DNA of 64,000 nucleotides, taken from assembly GCF_009914755.1 (NCBI RefSeq), contig NC_060926.1; one strand, given 5' to 3'. The notes under the pieces were generated by a model. It was not told the origin of the DNA. It saw nothing but the letters and a program-made list of their open reading frames with translations, and did not search any database. The DNA comes from the human T2T-CHM13v2.0 reference genome, Homo sapiens. This document shows, piece by piece, positions 26,996 through 43,200 of this stretch (position 1 is the first letter of the stretch; every line of letters starts with the position of its first letter). Both the position numbers and the translations under genes were made by a program.

Positions 26996-29900
26996 CTTTC
27001 TTAAAAGAGCTCTACAACATGCTACAATGTTGTCTAGGAAGAATGAGCTCCAGAACTCTGAGGCCCTGATGCTAATTGGTCTCAGAAGTCTGTGAACTTT
27101 GAACTTTATCGTTTCCGTTTTTTTGGAAGTTGTGTGTCTCTTATCATTAGGCCATCTTTGTTATCTTTGCTGTCGATGTACCTACTTCTAACAGCCATTT
27201 AACCATACCCATCTCTTTTCTCATTTTACTTGACTAGAAACCAATTGACCTACATCTGTTAGGGACGTATGTAAAGTAATTCTCAATAATTTCTGTGGCA
27301 TGAGGAGCTCTCCTTTTTGCAATGCAGTTTTGCTGCCTAGAATCTTAATTTTTTTTGCTAGTAGAAGATATTGTAGAGAGGCATGTTTCTAGATGGCCAG
27401 GGTGAGGTTCTAGATAAGAGATATGTCATAACATTTTTTTATTCCTCATGAATGAAAACATCTTACACTTTACACTCTTAAGTTTCAAGGGAGTGGAAAG
27501 GGATAGTGTTTCTGTTTTGTTTTGTTTTTTTTTTTAAACCATTCTATCCTGAGATCCTACCAACTTGTCTAGGGCTCATGATAGGTGGTAGAATGAATGA
27601 ATAAATACACTGATGATTTGTAGTAGCTCTAAACCCAGGTAGACTGGTGAAAATCCCCAGTGCTTTCTGTGTTCTTAAAAAGTATCGCAGGCAATACTTC
27701 CTTGCCTCTGAGGGATATTAGAAGGATTAACTAATGTCAGGAAAGGGCTTTGATATGCCTCAATGAAGGGCATCCCATAACTATAATGTTTTATTGTTAT
27801 AACACTATAAAATGCTTTTTGGGACATATAGCTTACATATTTTCCATAAAATTAATCCATAAATCATGTACAAAATGTATCAAATCCAAAAGCAATAGCT
27901 TTGACCTCAGAATTGCTGCAGCAGTAGTTAGATGATATACTACCTACCACATCAGCAGTACTGTAAAGTACATAAAATGTGCTTTCATATATTCAAAATG
28001 TGCAAACACTTAAAACAAATGACTAGGTGCTTTAAAAAAATTAAGTGATTCAGAGTTTTTTATATGTAATGCAGGTATTTTAAATACATTATCATGAATG
28101 CTGCAATTCTTAGTTATTTTCACTAATGCACATGAAATACTCACTCTTCATATCAAAACATTCCATAGAACTACCTTACAGTTTCTTTCTTTGAAAGGTA
28201 ATCTTCATTTCCTTATGCTTCCTGCTTAATAGCCATATACAAATGTCCACAGAGCTTTTAATGAAATGTCAACATGTATAATCTTTTCGTTACATCTTTG
28301 TTTTATGTCACCAACATGGCAAATAGAATACTTGCAAATTTTTTAATGGAAATATTCATTTCTCCTTCTCAGTTACACTATCAAATTTATGAGTGACTAT
28401 ATGAGAATGAAGGAAATATATTATCATTCTAATGTTGTCAAAGACTGGTTATTCATTTCAGTATACTTGAAGTAACTATTATGGCTTATAAATATAATTT
28501 TCAGAAATATAAAAAGACATACCTGTTTCAAGTAGACTCTTGCTTAAATAAGGCTGTTTTCCAATACCTCTATTACTGTACAGTGCCTGTAAAAGAACTG
28601 CAAGTTTAAATCAAAATGGTGTGCACATTCTTTTCCCAGAGGGACTTAGCCAAGTAGGGGAATATTGCTGAAAGGGTATCTGTGGCAGATACAAGGTAAC
28701 TTTTAAATATTTGCATAGTGTAATGCCAGACAGCAGATTTGGAAGTACAATTACTCATTTCTACTGGAGTTCTTGTCTGTCCGCACAGTGGCTGGGCTGA
28801 ACCTTTCTCTGTCCACTTATGTCTCATTTTATTGAGCACATCAAGACCATTTGGTATAAATTACTTTCACTAGTTTCTTCTGAAACCTTGCTCACATCAC
28901 CCCCCTTCTCTCTTCCTTCTCTGAGAAGAAGGTGTAGTTATAAAATTCTGCTGTTCATGAAACATTGTTTCCTGATTCAGTAATTTTCTGACTCAGTGTT
29001 CCTAAAGCCTTTGTACATTGGTTAGCATAGCTACTCCATAATATTTTGCATTAACATTATTTTTGACTAAGTCCTTTTTTTTCCCTAAGGGATTCCAAGC
29101 AATCTGAGGGCAGAGATGATATCTTAAATATCTATTTCTGGCATTTCTGATATAATTCTGACATCTACATTTTCTACATAGCAGTTACATAACCCTGAAT
29201 TGAATTAAGTTTACATATGTGAGTACTGCAGATAGTACTATTCCAACTCTGAATATTTTTTGTTTACATATTAAGACGATCTAAATATAAATGGACACTA
29301 GATTCTTAGCTTAGACTAATGAAGAGCTGTATGAAAATGAAGGTCATGTTTTTGAACTGATATATGTATGTATACGTATATATATATATACACACACGCA
29401 CATAGAGAAGGCATGTTGTGAATACTGTACTTTTGTTCAAAAAGGACAGGGCTTTATGAATCTAGTATATTTTTTCCATGTAAATGCAGTCTGCTGTTAT
29501 CATTTTTCACACTTCTGTGTCTAAAAAGAGGTCTTATTTTTATTTCCCAACAGGTCTTGATTTGACAGGTGGGGAATTGCAGAGGTGGAAATCACAGTTC
29601 TGCTTTTTTGCCTGTTTTTCTTAGTCTTTTAAGAAGATAAATATGGATTTATTTGGCTAAAGTACTTTCTGCATGAACAAATTGTATCTTAAGATTTTTT
29701 TTCTCACATTTTCAACTGTGTGATAAAGTAGCATAAACAGTGTAGTTTATATTAGCTGGATGTCCTATATAGAGTATGGAAAAATGATATTAAGAAGACA
29801 TTAAAAATAACTTTTATGGACATTAAGGAGGATGTTTTAAGTCACAGATGATGGATTAATGGAATCCATGTTGGCCATGTCACCTATGAGAAGGATAATC

Positions 29901-31301
29901 CCAAATATTTTATGTGTGAAGATTTTCATGTAATGTTTAGCAAAAATAAAAAAAATGTTTTGTTGATTGCTTCCTTTGGAGAATCAGATAATTATTATTA
30001 CTATTTACCTTGTAAAATTTTAACATAGGATAGAACTCTAATCCATAGTTTTTCCTTATTATGCATTTTGGGCCCAAATTGGGCCTATGGTGGTAGTTAT
30101 CACTTGGGAATTTAAGGGCTGTATGTCCCTGAAAGTTGTTGTATGTTCCTTTTACAAGAATGTTTCATGGTTTTTGACGTTCTAGGAGTGGAAAGAGACT
30201 GAAATATTTGACGTTTTCTTGAAGAGATTTTTTAAAACATCTTATTAAAACTTCTTCATTCAAAATCACCACAGAGAAGGGGTTGAAAGCTAAATGGTCA
30301 CATTTAAACCTATCTGATGAAGAAGAGCCATTTCTCTGTGATGGGCAGCAGGTCTTCACTGACCTTTCATGGAAAATCCACACTGCTGATGAGCCCGGCA
30401 TCCCTTTGGAAAAGAGCTGCCACTGCCCTTGGCCACTCACAGGCATCATTGCTGGGACCTTTTCCAAAGTCCCTTAGTCTTAGACTAGACGGAACAGCTG
30501 GGTTATGTTTAATTTGTATTAAATTAATTGGAGGAAGTTGGATCATTTCTAAGTTGTGTTTCTGTGGGGAAGATAAGATTAATCATTTTTTAAGGATGTG
30601 GATAGGCAAGGCAGATTAAATGGGGAGGAAAGAATCCTACTGCTTCTAGAGATGGCCTTGCAGAAAAGGGTCAAGGAGGCAGGGTTGCAGTCTACAACTG
30701 CAATCTGTACCATTCACCTTGGCTCTGCATAGCAGGCTATAGTGGGGAGCTGGCTGTCAACACTGTTGTGAAGTTGGCACATTCAAGTTTGCTTTTCTGT
30801 AGGATATAAAGGTGAGAGTAAGTTATATGCTGAGAGTCACCCAGCTAGAAAGTGGAGCAGCCACAGTTCAAATGCAGGCTGATTCCAAAGTCTAGAGGTT
30901 TTTTTTCTAGAAAAGGGACTGAGCAAGATAAAGTGGAATTTTATGAATTAGCACTGAAATTGATGGAGAGGGATAGTTCTGAAAATTTCTTTATTTGAAG
31001 ATGAATAAAAACAGAGGATGGGTAAAGCACACAGTTATGTAAACATTACTCTGTGCAGCCAGAAGTTGAACTTGGCCTGCTGAATATACATCAGTGGCAC
31101 TTCTTTTATTCTTCTTTAAAATACACATTTTAAAGATGTGGAGAATAGCAATGGGTTTCAAGCTCTTGGATCACTGTCCTGAATCTTCCCCTTATTACTG
31201 CTGAGATCCTGGATAGGTAATGTGGCTTCTCTGTAGAATGAAAAGTCACCCATTTCCAGGGATTTTTGATAGGATTAAACGATATATTAATAGTCTATAT
31301 T

Positions 31302-31520
31302 AGTGGTTCTCTGCTATGGTGATTTTGCTCCCCAAGGGGCATTTGGCAATGTCTGGAGACATTTTTGATTGCCATAAGCGGAGAGGGGGTTGGTGATACT
31401 GCCATTTAAAGGGTTGAGGCCAAGGTTGTTGCTAAACATCCTGCAATGCACAGGACAACTCTTTACAACAACTATCTGGCCCCAAATGTTTAAAGTGCCA
31501 AACTTGAGGAAGTTTTGTAC
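31302..31520 (+). mobile_element. MER20
   Basis: agtggttctc...ggtgattttgctccccaaggggcatttggcaatgtctggagacattttt. Confidence 0.88.
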
Positions 31521-32264
31521 AGCAAAAGCCTGGTAACAGACAATTCCTCCCACATGGACTTGTTATTCATTCAGGTCCCTCCATGTGTTAGGAGCGTCCA
31601 TACTTGTCTCTGTCTTTATATGCCTACAAGATGAGATCATTGAAGATTAAAGCAAACAGTGTCCTGCTGAAGGTCACACAGTGCTGAATGGCAAAATCAG
31701 GATTTGGACTAAAGCCTGTATAGCTCCGAAGCACTTTCTACAAACTTGCTTCCCCCCGTTTAAACTATTTACTGCCATTGACTCTTTGCTTTGGGTATTT
31801 GGAAGAACAAATGAATGTAAGCATTTAAGGCTGATTTATCAGGCACTGTGAGCAGAGCCTGCCTACTCTATTGTGTTTCTGTCCACATACTGTGCCCAGC
31901 TAGTCAGAGGGTGTTGGTTTTCTGGTTGTAGCTGACTGCTTCTATGGAACCTCTGCTCCTTCCCCACTGCCTGCTCAGGCCAGGCTTTCAGATCACTGAC
32001 AAATGTTCACTTCTGTAATAATCACCCCCACAGTACAGCAAAAGGTTTGGCAGCACTGTGAGCAATGCCCTGCATGGCTTATTGAAATTGCCTCAAGAAA
32101 GAAGCAGGGTTACAGAGGAATAATGGAGTGTTTGATTCCCAAAGGAACTCTTTGATGAGAGCTACAAGGGCTGGACAATGCTTACAACTGTGTTCCGGTA
32201 GAAAGGTGGACAGGAGGTGTGGGATGGCCACCTCTCCCAGACTAAGTATGAAAGCTTATTTTGA

Positions 32265-32654
<390 letters not shown>

Positions 32655-33390
32655 AGAGGTAGCTATATTTCTTTCTGAGACCTGTAGATCTCACACTCAG
32701 TGTACCCCATGGCTTATGTGGTCAGCTAGAAAAAAGTAAAGAGGGACTCTTACTGAGCCTACATCTGTCTTGAACAGAATAAAAGAAAAGCTCAAGTAAA
32801 TCTTCATGTAGATTATGAAGTGTAGACTTCAATTACCCCAAAGTGGTATAAGCTTTGATAATGTGTTTCATCAGGACAGGAATTATGAGGTACTCAAACT
32901 AATTCTCTGAAATCACAAGGGGAATAAAGAGTTCTAATGGCATGTTACAGTAAGTTGGTGCCAAGGGAATAGAATTTTATGGTCAATATTAAATTTCCAT
33001 ATCTAGTCCATGATTTAATTATTGATTTTTGGAGAACAAGGATATAACAGGGTACAGCTCACTCTAAAATAAATGTAAATTCATATTTTGTGGATGGTTC
33101 AGGAATATTGTTGTGTGTTTAATCAATTTTTATGTGGTCTCTGCGTGGATAAAAAACTAAAATTCTTTGACTGTAGGATATCAGTACTTTCCTGTTTGTA
33201 TTCAAGGGGATAGTCACACATTTGTTTGCATAGAAGGAAAAGAAGCAGAAGTCTCCTTGAGGTTGTTGATGATGGGATGAGCATAAGGGGTGCAGATAAG
33301 CAGTAATTTTGGTCATTGAGGTGATACATATTAGATGTGGCTATTAAAGTATACTAACAAAATGTACTAAGAATACTATAATAGAATCAA

Positions 33391-33695
33391 TTGGCAACAT
33401 ACATATATATTAATATGAATGTATGTGCACACAGAAGAATGTATACATGCATTTATATTATATCTAATATAGTTTATAATAGAATTTCATATTATATCAC
33501 ACATATATATAAAATACATAACACATATATACTAACAAAAACTACATCGTACGTAAGAAACAGAATTGGCTTAAATATATGTAATATATTATGCAATATT
33601 ATATAATATGTATTTAATATAACATATAATATGTTATGATTATATTAATATATAAGCCAATTCTGTTTCTTATGTATTGTTATATTAATATAATA
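33391..33695. repeat. AT-rich low-complexity tract containing an inverted repeat (33550-33676)
   Basis: 24-bp arms tacgtaagaaacagaattggctta / taagccaattctgtttcttatgta. Confidence 0.9.
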
Positions 33696-36437
33696 CTGGA
33701 TTCATGTAATGTTCTTGGCATAGCACACAGAGTCAATAATGCTGTGTTCTAAAATTGGAAGCAATGATTATATTGCTATAATTCGCTAATGTGTGGCCAA
33801 TAAAGTACATCATGTCATATCCTGAAGTAAAACCCCAGCACAGCACAAGGTATGTTTGAAAGGATGTAGGAAATCTGAACTTAGAGAGCATGTCCTGTAG
33901 GTAGGGCCTTTTCACGGTCTGTAAATTAGGCACATGTTCAGTGATTGTTCTGAATTAGTTTGTGCCTTTATAACATTAAGCCTTGTCACTCTTCTATGGG
34001 ATCTGATCTCATGTCTCAGGACTTTGACAATTGCTCTGCTGATACCCCTGAAATATGCTGATTTCTGCCCTGCGTTCTACCTTCACATTTATTCCTTGTG
34101 AACATGTGGCAGATCTCGGACTTTTACTGATGTGTTCATTGTTTTGTGGTTTTATGTGTTCACATCCTGTAAAGGACATAAGTGCTAGGCTTTGGATGGG
34201 AAATTGGACTTTAACCTGAACTTATGAGATATGAATCCTAAAATTGAAATTATAAAAATGTTTCCATGTTATCTGTAATCATTGAGGTTAAGAAAAAAGA
34301 TCATTTACCTCATCTAACCTAACAATAAGAAAGTATCATGCATGCAAAATATTTCTCTCTCTCTCTTTTTTTTCCTCCAGGAAACAGTTACACAGGGAAA
34401 GAAGTTTGTGACCCTTTGCACACTAGGGATAAATTCTTGAGGATTCACATTATGTATTAAAAGCCTGGAGGAGTCCTTTAAAAATGAAAACTTTTAGTTT
34501 TGTTTAACCCTGTATCATTCCCAAATTTATTTAATAACAAGGATCCTCCTTTCTTACTAAACTCAGAGGGTACAGTGGTTCCACTTAAAACATTTTGGAA
34601 AATCCTAAGTAATAATATGTTATCTTCAGTTGGAATCAGATGAGATGATTAATCCAGGAAAGGCAGGGGACAGCATAGTACTCGCTTGTCCCCAGGAACT
34701 TTTAAAACTCAGCATTTTCTTTTCAATAGCCTGAGCTAACATTGACCCTAACAAGTGATTAATGAGCCCTTATAATTATTATTTTCATTATGTAATTGTA
34801 AAGTCCCTCCGTAATTCAAATGACATTTCTTCAATTCACTTTTTTTGTAAGCTGAATTCTCACAAAGCACTCTGGGAAATTCCAATAATGCAGGGGCTAA
34901 AAAGAGTTGACACAGGCTGCAGGCCATTGCTGTGTGCTCGCCCAGCTTGGAAAGGGTAATGAGGATAGATTTTCTCAGTGCACTATTGAGCGAAGGTTTG
35001 CATGTCCCATGGGTCTGTCAGCCCCTGGGCTGGTTGGGGATGTATTTATTATTGCAGTACATCTCTGATTTTCTTTAATTATTATACATGGTGGTGATTA
35101 TTATAGTGGGTATTCCTCTCAGCCAAACAAATTAGATGTGCAAGGAATATCATTTTCTTTAACTTACTTTGATTATTTACTTTGAGCCCTTCCTACCGCC
35201 AGGGTCCCCAATTATTTCCTCTGAAAAGTTCACCATTCTTCAGCTGTCAGTCAGTTGAAACTGGTCACTGCTTAGAGGGCTCTTTTTCCTGATAGGCTGG
35301 CTGGAGACTCTCTCTAGAGCTTCTGCACCATGCTTGGTTCTTTATGGTACTTTTCCACTGTGCTCAACCTGAGTCCTAGGTGTTTCTCAGTGACCTCGGC
35401 CTGCTCTGCCTGGTCACCCTAGGCAGCCATTCGTTCTCTGGGGAAGCAAGGTAAAGGGTCTCTCACTGACATTGAATTTCGATTCTTATCAGTTTTGCTC
35501 CGAGGAGGAGAAGAGCAGAGAGGAAGCTTTTGTTTTAATTATATGTATTTTTTGAGGCAGGAGGTGTGTGGCAGAAGCAGAGACTCCTTACCTCAGAAAT
35601 ACCCAAGGTAACCTACATAATGGCCTAGGAAGCTTGCACACAAACCCCAGAGGCTTGTTGGACTGTGTTGACGTTTTGCTCTATTACACCTGTTGTCTGA
35701 GAACATGAGCATGGGCCACTGATGACCTGTTTAAAAGGGGCAAGGGGGAAAAGAGAAATATTAGGTGGAAGGAAACAATTGTTTAGGTTGATAATTCAAA
35801 AATGTCTTCCACCATCTTCTCTTAATAAATCTGTTTCTATAAACAAAACCTACTTCTTACACACATCTCTCCCATCCTTTAACCCCCACACTGAAGGTGA
35901 GTACTAGGTTTCTGACCTAGACTGTACCCTTCAGAACAATAATCTCACTCCACGCTCCTCTAGGGTGTGAGCATGAAGACATTTTGTGGAGAATCTTCCA
36001 GGTTTTAGTCGGGAACCTGTATCCTGACAGCTTTCTCGCTGCTTCTGGGGTTTTTCTCAGCTTCTCCTCCTTCCTCTTCAGGCAGAGGAGTGGTCCACAT
36101 TAACAGCCTTGAAGCACAGCTGCTCCTGGCTCACTTCTTCTTAGATCTATTTTCCTGGATATCAGAGAATGTAATCATATCAACAATCTCTAAAAATATT
36201 ACATTCACCCCCTTTTCATTTATTCTGCCAATTTTTCTGAAGATATCCAGGGAATTTTAGGCATCCAGGAATTCTTTTTAAAATTAGTCTCTTTGTAAGG
36301 CTGCTTTGAGGACTGCATGACATGTTTGCTGTAAAGTGTCCAGGATAATACTGGGTGTATTGATGCTGCGGTTACTATGATGAACCTGTGACCACCATGA
36401 TAATTTCATCTCCCAGCACTTTTTAGCTTTTCTTGTA

Positions 36438-37569
36438 CAAAAGTCCACCTTTGTTCCTGGGGGATATGTCCCAGGACCTCCAGTAGACACTTGAAACTGT
36501 GACTAGTACAGAACCCTGTGCATATTATGTTTTTTCCTATATACATACCTATGATAAAGTTTAATTTCTAAATTAGACACAATAAGATTAATAACCATAA
36601 TAAAACAGATCAGTTATAGTAATAATATTATAATAAAAACTGTGTGAAAGTGGTCCCTCTTTTTCTCTCTCTCAGAATGTCTCATACTATACTCATCTTT
36701 CTTCTTGTGATGATGTGGATCCTAAAATTAACAAGGATAAAATGACTGTGCGATGATATGAAGGGAGGTGAATGGCGTAGGCATTGTGACATAGTGTTAG
36801 GCTGCCACTGACCTTCTGAATTCCTGAATCCATGTCACTATTCTGTACTTGCAGCAAGTGGCTTGGTGTCACTTGTTTCAGGGGATCCCTTGTTGAAGTC
36901 TTCCTTATGGGCTTAATGCTTTCTGGTGCAACACATTGCCATCAATGGCAACATGTTTCTCTTCCTGTCTTCCACCTAAAAATTTAAGGCCTTTTCCAAC
37001 TCAGTACTTATGTACTGTGGCTGTAACTTTTGCAGTTTGAGGTGCAACAGCAAAACTAGGATGAATTTCTTTTTCCTTCTTCATAATTTCACAGGTAGAA
37101 GATTCATTCAGATGGTAGATCTTAATAACCTCAACATATGACTTGTTTTTTTTTTCTCCTTATTAAGTCTAGAACTTTCACCTTTTCACTTAAAGCTAAC
37201 ACTTTATGACTCCTCTTTGGTGTATCTGAATTGCCAGCATCACTACTCTTGCACTTTGAGGCCATTATGAGTAAAGTAAGGATTACTTGCACACAAGCAC
37301 TGCCATACTGCAACATTCAATCTTGTAACCCAGAGGGCTGCTAAGTGACTAGTGGAGAGGCAGCATCTGCAGTGTGGATACACCTGACAAAGAAAGGATT
37401 CACATCCCCAGGCAGAAACATAAGCAGGACAAAGTGAGACCTCATCATATTATTCAAAACTTATGAATTGCTTATCTCTGGAATTTTCCATTTAGTATTT
37501 GGGAACTGCAGTTGACCATAGGTAACTAAAACCACAAAAAGTGAAGCCACAGATAAATAGGAACTACTG
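36438..37569 (-). mobile_element. Tigger7/MER44 DNA transposon, internally deleted, with dead transposase N-terminus
   Basis: TA at both sides (36436-36437, 37570-37571); terminal inverted repeats caaaagtccacctt / aataggaactactg; minus-strand peptide MASKCKSSDAGNSDTPKRSHKVLALSEKVKVLDLIR resembles the CENP-B/pogo N-terminal HTH. Confidence 0.85.
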
Positions 37570-38099
37570 TAGTAAGCTGGTATAATAGAATCTGATATGC
37601 AATTCTCATTTATTTACATTCTTCAAGGAAAAAGATAATATTTTACTTGTTGAGTGAGATTCCTGCATCATTCTCATTAGAGCTATACTTAAGATCAAGG
37701 GTTTTTCTGTAGTCTTGGGTGCTTTAGTACATTACCATGCTAGCCTTGAGAAGACTGGGTACCCCATTGCTGTATATTCCATGGGCTTTATGGAGACTGG
37801 GAAGAAGGGATCTATAGAGTTGCAACAAAGAATAACAGGCATTGCAAAAGGATTTGTGAAAAAACAGTATTTAAAAATTCTGTTGGGCACCATTATTAGG
37901 TGCCCAATAGAATACAGGTTTCTACCTACAATCATAAACTGAGGAAACACAGAGAAGAGACTTTTTCTCTTCAACTTTTTTTTTTCATTTTGGAAAAATC
38001 ATCAACCCATTGATGTTGTGAGTTTCTAGTGTTGACATTGCACCTAACTACACTTGGACATGATTCTGCTGCCTATGATGCTACTTGTTCTAGCTTCAG

Positions 38100-39240
<1,141 letters not shown>

Positions 39241-39349
39241 ATCTTTGTAAACCTTCCTGAAAGTCTTCAGCATACCCATTTGACTCTACTGGGTATATAG
39301 GTGTTTTAGTTGATTCTCGATAGAAAACAATATTGTGATTATGCCATGT

Positions 39350-40205
39350 TGTTACCGAGCACAGGCTCAGGTGCTTACTGTTTGAAAAGCCAATAATGAG
39401 GAGAAAGCGCAGTGAAAGGAAAGTGACTTTATTTCTAAAGCTAGCTGTGGAGAAGTGACTGGCTTATGCCTCCAGAAACTGCTTCTAATTTTAAACTAGG
39501 AAGAGGAGCTAAAAAAAGGAACTTGGAATGGGAGCCATGCAGGAGGGGTGCTGAATACAAGGTCCACGTGTCTTGTTCCAGTGGCCATCTCAAGCCGTGG
39601 TCCACCAGTAGTGCGGCTGGCATCATCTCAACAATGCCAGGTTGTTGCTTTGAGGTAATCTCTGGAATTTTGCAGCTAAGTCTCCAGGCTTGGTCTGTCT
39701 CAAGATTAGCCTCTGGAACTTCTAAGTAAACACATAATTAGATAACAAGCACACAGCTAGATAAATGTGCATAGGGCAAAGGAGTACATGGTGAGAAAGG
39801 GAAGGGAGTGGAGTTTTGGAGTGTCTCAAGACTATATTTTAAGACTAAGGAAGAAGGTCTCTACAGTTTTTTATTTGTTTTTTTATTATACTTTAAGTTC
39901 TGGGATACACATGCAGAACGTGCAGGTTTGTTACACAGGTATACACATGCCATGGTGGTTTGCCGCACCCATCAACCTGTCATCTACATTAGGTATTTCT
40001 CCTAATGCTATCCCTCCCCTTGCCCCCCACCCCCCAACAGGCCCTGTTGTGTGATGTTCCCCTCCCAGTGTCCATGTGTTCTCATTGTTCAATTCCCACT
40101 TATGAGTGAGAACAGTTTGTTTCATGGTTATATGGTCACACTGGGAAGAAAGGAGAAAAGAAAAAAGTTTTATAATGCATTTTGAAAGTAAACTACTCAG
40201 TTACA
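39350..40205 (-). mobile_element. ERV1-class solo LTR interrupted by an L1PA fragment
   Basis: TGTTACC...GTTACA termini; 4-bp TSD ATGT (39346-39349, 40206-40209); minus-strand AATAAA near 39430. Exact family not determined. Confidence 0.8.
39865..40112 (-). mobile_element. L1PA 3' UTR fragment
   Basis: ttattatactttaagttctgggatacacatgcag...cccacttatgagtgagaac; flanking ACAGTTT. Confidence 0.92.
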
Positions 40206-43200
40206 ATGTTACTGCTATTTCTCAGATTTTTTTTAAAAAAATGCTAGCTTGAAAATTATTTTACAGACCAGAGTCTCACAGTCTTAAAATTGCAGTTTCA
40301 AAACAAAAAATTATTCCTTTGAAAAAAAATGAGATGCACTAAATGTTCTGTCCACCAAAATGCAGCCAGTACCTTGTTTGTTCTCACTTGTATATGGTAT
40401 GAATATCTGCTACTAGAAAGAGATATGGGTTCAGGTACAAATATACTCCATGTATCTGTTACAGTGGTTGATTCTTGAAGTTAGGGAAAATATTGTCTTG
40501 GGTATGCTCTTGTGCAGTTTTTGTCTCAGGCAAAATTAATTCTTGAGTTGCGTAATGGTAAATGAAATGTTTGCATGCTCTCTGCCCTTTTGTTTTACGT
40601 ATTTTTAAAGCTTGTATGCATAGTCCCAACGTTACTGCCTTGCCTTGACCTCTAGTAGACAACATAAAAGAAAGCCTCCTTTATCAAGTTCAGCATGTAT
40701 TGATCATTCACTGGGTAAACAGAACTTTATTCTCATTTTTTTGATCAGGGACGCAGCTTAAAATTTTCAGCCTCCCTAAAACATCTTCTAGTTTGCTTTC
40801 TGTGTAGTATAAAGCGAACAGATATCTGGTCCTCTTGAGTGAAGTCAATACCTAGGCTTTCTGTAAGCTCAAGGAGAAAGTCCTTCAGGAGAACGTTGTG
40901 TGGGATTCAGCTGGTCTCTCTTTCTGGTTTACTCTTTATTGCCATTTCCATTTAACTGATGCAAAACAGCCAAGTAAATGATTTTCTTCCACTTCTCCAG
41001 GGAATCCAAAGGGCTTAGCTGAAGCATTTATTGTAAGTAAAGTCAAAGTTGAGTGAAGCCATATTTATGGGATGAAAACATTTCATAAATATCTTTTGAC
41101 AGGTAGCAGAGCCCCGAGAGTTTTGAGGCCATCGCTCGAACCAGGGCATTGAGCTGGACAGAGACAGGGGCAGGGGCTTTCGGCAAGAGACGGGTGGCGG
41201 GGCCTTCGGCCCCACACACCAGCTGCACTCAAATCAGACTCCCTTCTAAATATGTTTTACCCAATGGCTTTGCAAGCCCCATTTGCTCAAGGGATATCAT
41301 TGCTACAAATAATTAAATTGCAATTGTTGTGGAAGACGTTTAGAATAAGATAGAACTGGAGAGGGCACCTGAGCTGTTTACCTTGTGCAGGTTCTTTGAT
41401 CTCATGCATTGATGTCCTCAATTGCAAAGCAGAACAATTTCAATAAGGCACATATGGTATTGGGAAGATGATAGTAGGTGTTCAAAAAAACAAAAACAGA
41501 AATAATAAACCATGCCTATTACTATTATTGTAATTGTTATTCTAGGGACACATAATTTCTGATTGCTGTCTGAGGGTTCATTCCTGTGCTAAACCCCTGA
41601 ATCTTGCTGGATGTACTTGAGCAGCAGTTTGACTGATGTTCTCAAGCAAACAAAGGCAGGAAGGATCTCATTTCACATAACAAATAGTGAAGGGACCCTG
41701 GGAGCAGCTATCTGCTCCAGGTGACAGACAGTCACAGAGGCCAAAGACCAGAATTAACAAGTGGAAATTACATTATAAACTTGTATAACACAAACAACAA
41801 ATTGCTTGTTAATGCTGAGATTTTTTGGCCTCTCTTCCCTCACCCACACCTTAGACTGCAACATTTATGGAGCCCTTATTCTTCCCTTGCAGTCTTAGAA
41901 CTGTTCTAATAGAAACCAGCGTGATATAGAGTTACAAATCACTGGATTGGGTGTGTGTAAATAAAATTGTCAGCCCCATTTTTGCTCCAAATGATTGTGT
42001 GACCTTGGGCAAGTCACTGAATTTGTCTAGGCTTTGCTTTTTCCTGCAAAAACTCTGGGCTGTAAGATTCTCTTGCCACTCCTACATTCTAGGAGGTTAG
42101 CAGGATGTAGGTTTTAGTGATCCTAAAGACCTACTTGTGTCAGATTGCTGTGAAATATATGAGGTTTGAGAGTCTTTTTTTAGGCTTTAGAATTTTTAGA
42201 AAGTAGCATTCAAACCAGAAATATTGATAAACAATTTTTAAAAGGTGGTTTTCTGTCTCCGTGATGTTTGCATTAGCTGATAAGTGGTTCAAATACATGT
42301 CTAATCTGCTTTGCTGTCGAGCTACTTCTAATGGATGTTCTAGACACTGGCGACTAATAATTTGTAATCAAAAGTAAGTAACAGAGGCATTTTGCTTTTC
42401 AGTCAGAGGCATCTGTCCACAAAGATGAAATGGATTTACAATGTGCTATTAGTGCCAAACAAAAACACAATCATACAGAAAGAGCTGGGAACATTAGCAA
42501 CAAAGCTTATGCTTACTTGAGGTATAAATATTCCATCCAAATGCTCTGCGGTAGTCTGCTATGGAATCATGAACTACCTTTATAAGTAAATCTTTAAGTG
42601 TGTGAAAATGAAGTTGTATATGTTACTTTTGCTGTTGAATTTTTCTGAGATTTATGGGAATACTTTAACACACATATTCAGGCCATGAATGTACCATGAA
42701 TGTTTTTTATTTTTTTAATGATTTTTATATAACTGAAATGTGTTTTGTTGTTGCAAAAAGTGCAAATGGAATTTTTTAATGAAATGCAACAGAGCTTAAG
42801 TTTCCTCTCATTTAAATTCTCGTATGTTTGTGTATTTTCTTTATTTAGTATTATCCAATGCGTAACTCAGTAATGGATATATCTGATGAGCAGGTTTTCA
42901 TTGCTAGTTTAGAAAGTATTGAGTGACTTTGTGCATCCGCTGCTAGTGGAAGTTATTAATGATCATGATTGATTTAGAAATATAGACTTGGAAACTCTCA
43001 TCCCTTCCTGTTTCCATCAGTGAGCCTGCCTCCAGGGCTGACTCTCAACTTCTGGCTTGCTGCTATAGATCTAGTGAGCTCTGGGAAACAAAAGCATTAA
43101 GATTGTTAATACTGTGTATAAAGTAAGTGTAAATAGGCCTAAAGGAAGGACCAAACACCCTCTTCAGGAGTAAATTGGTGTTACACTTAGTGCACAGCAT

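Noticed and set aside
35486-35498. TTCTTATCAGTTT resembling an internal part of U2 snRNA
   Set aside because: Only about 13 nt and the flanks do not extend the match.
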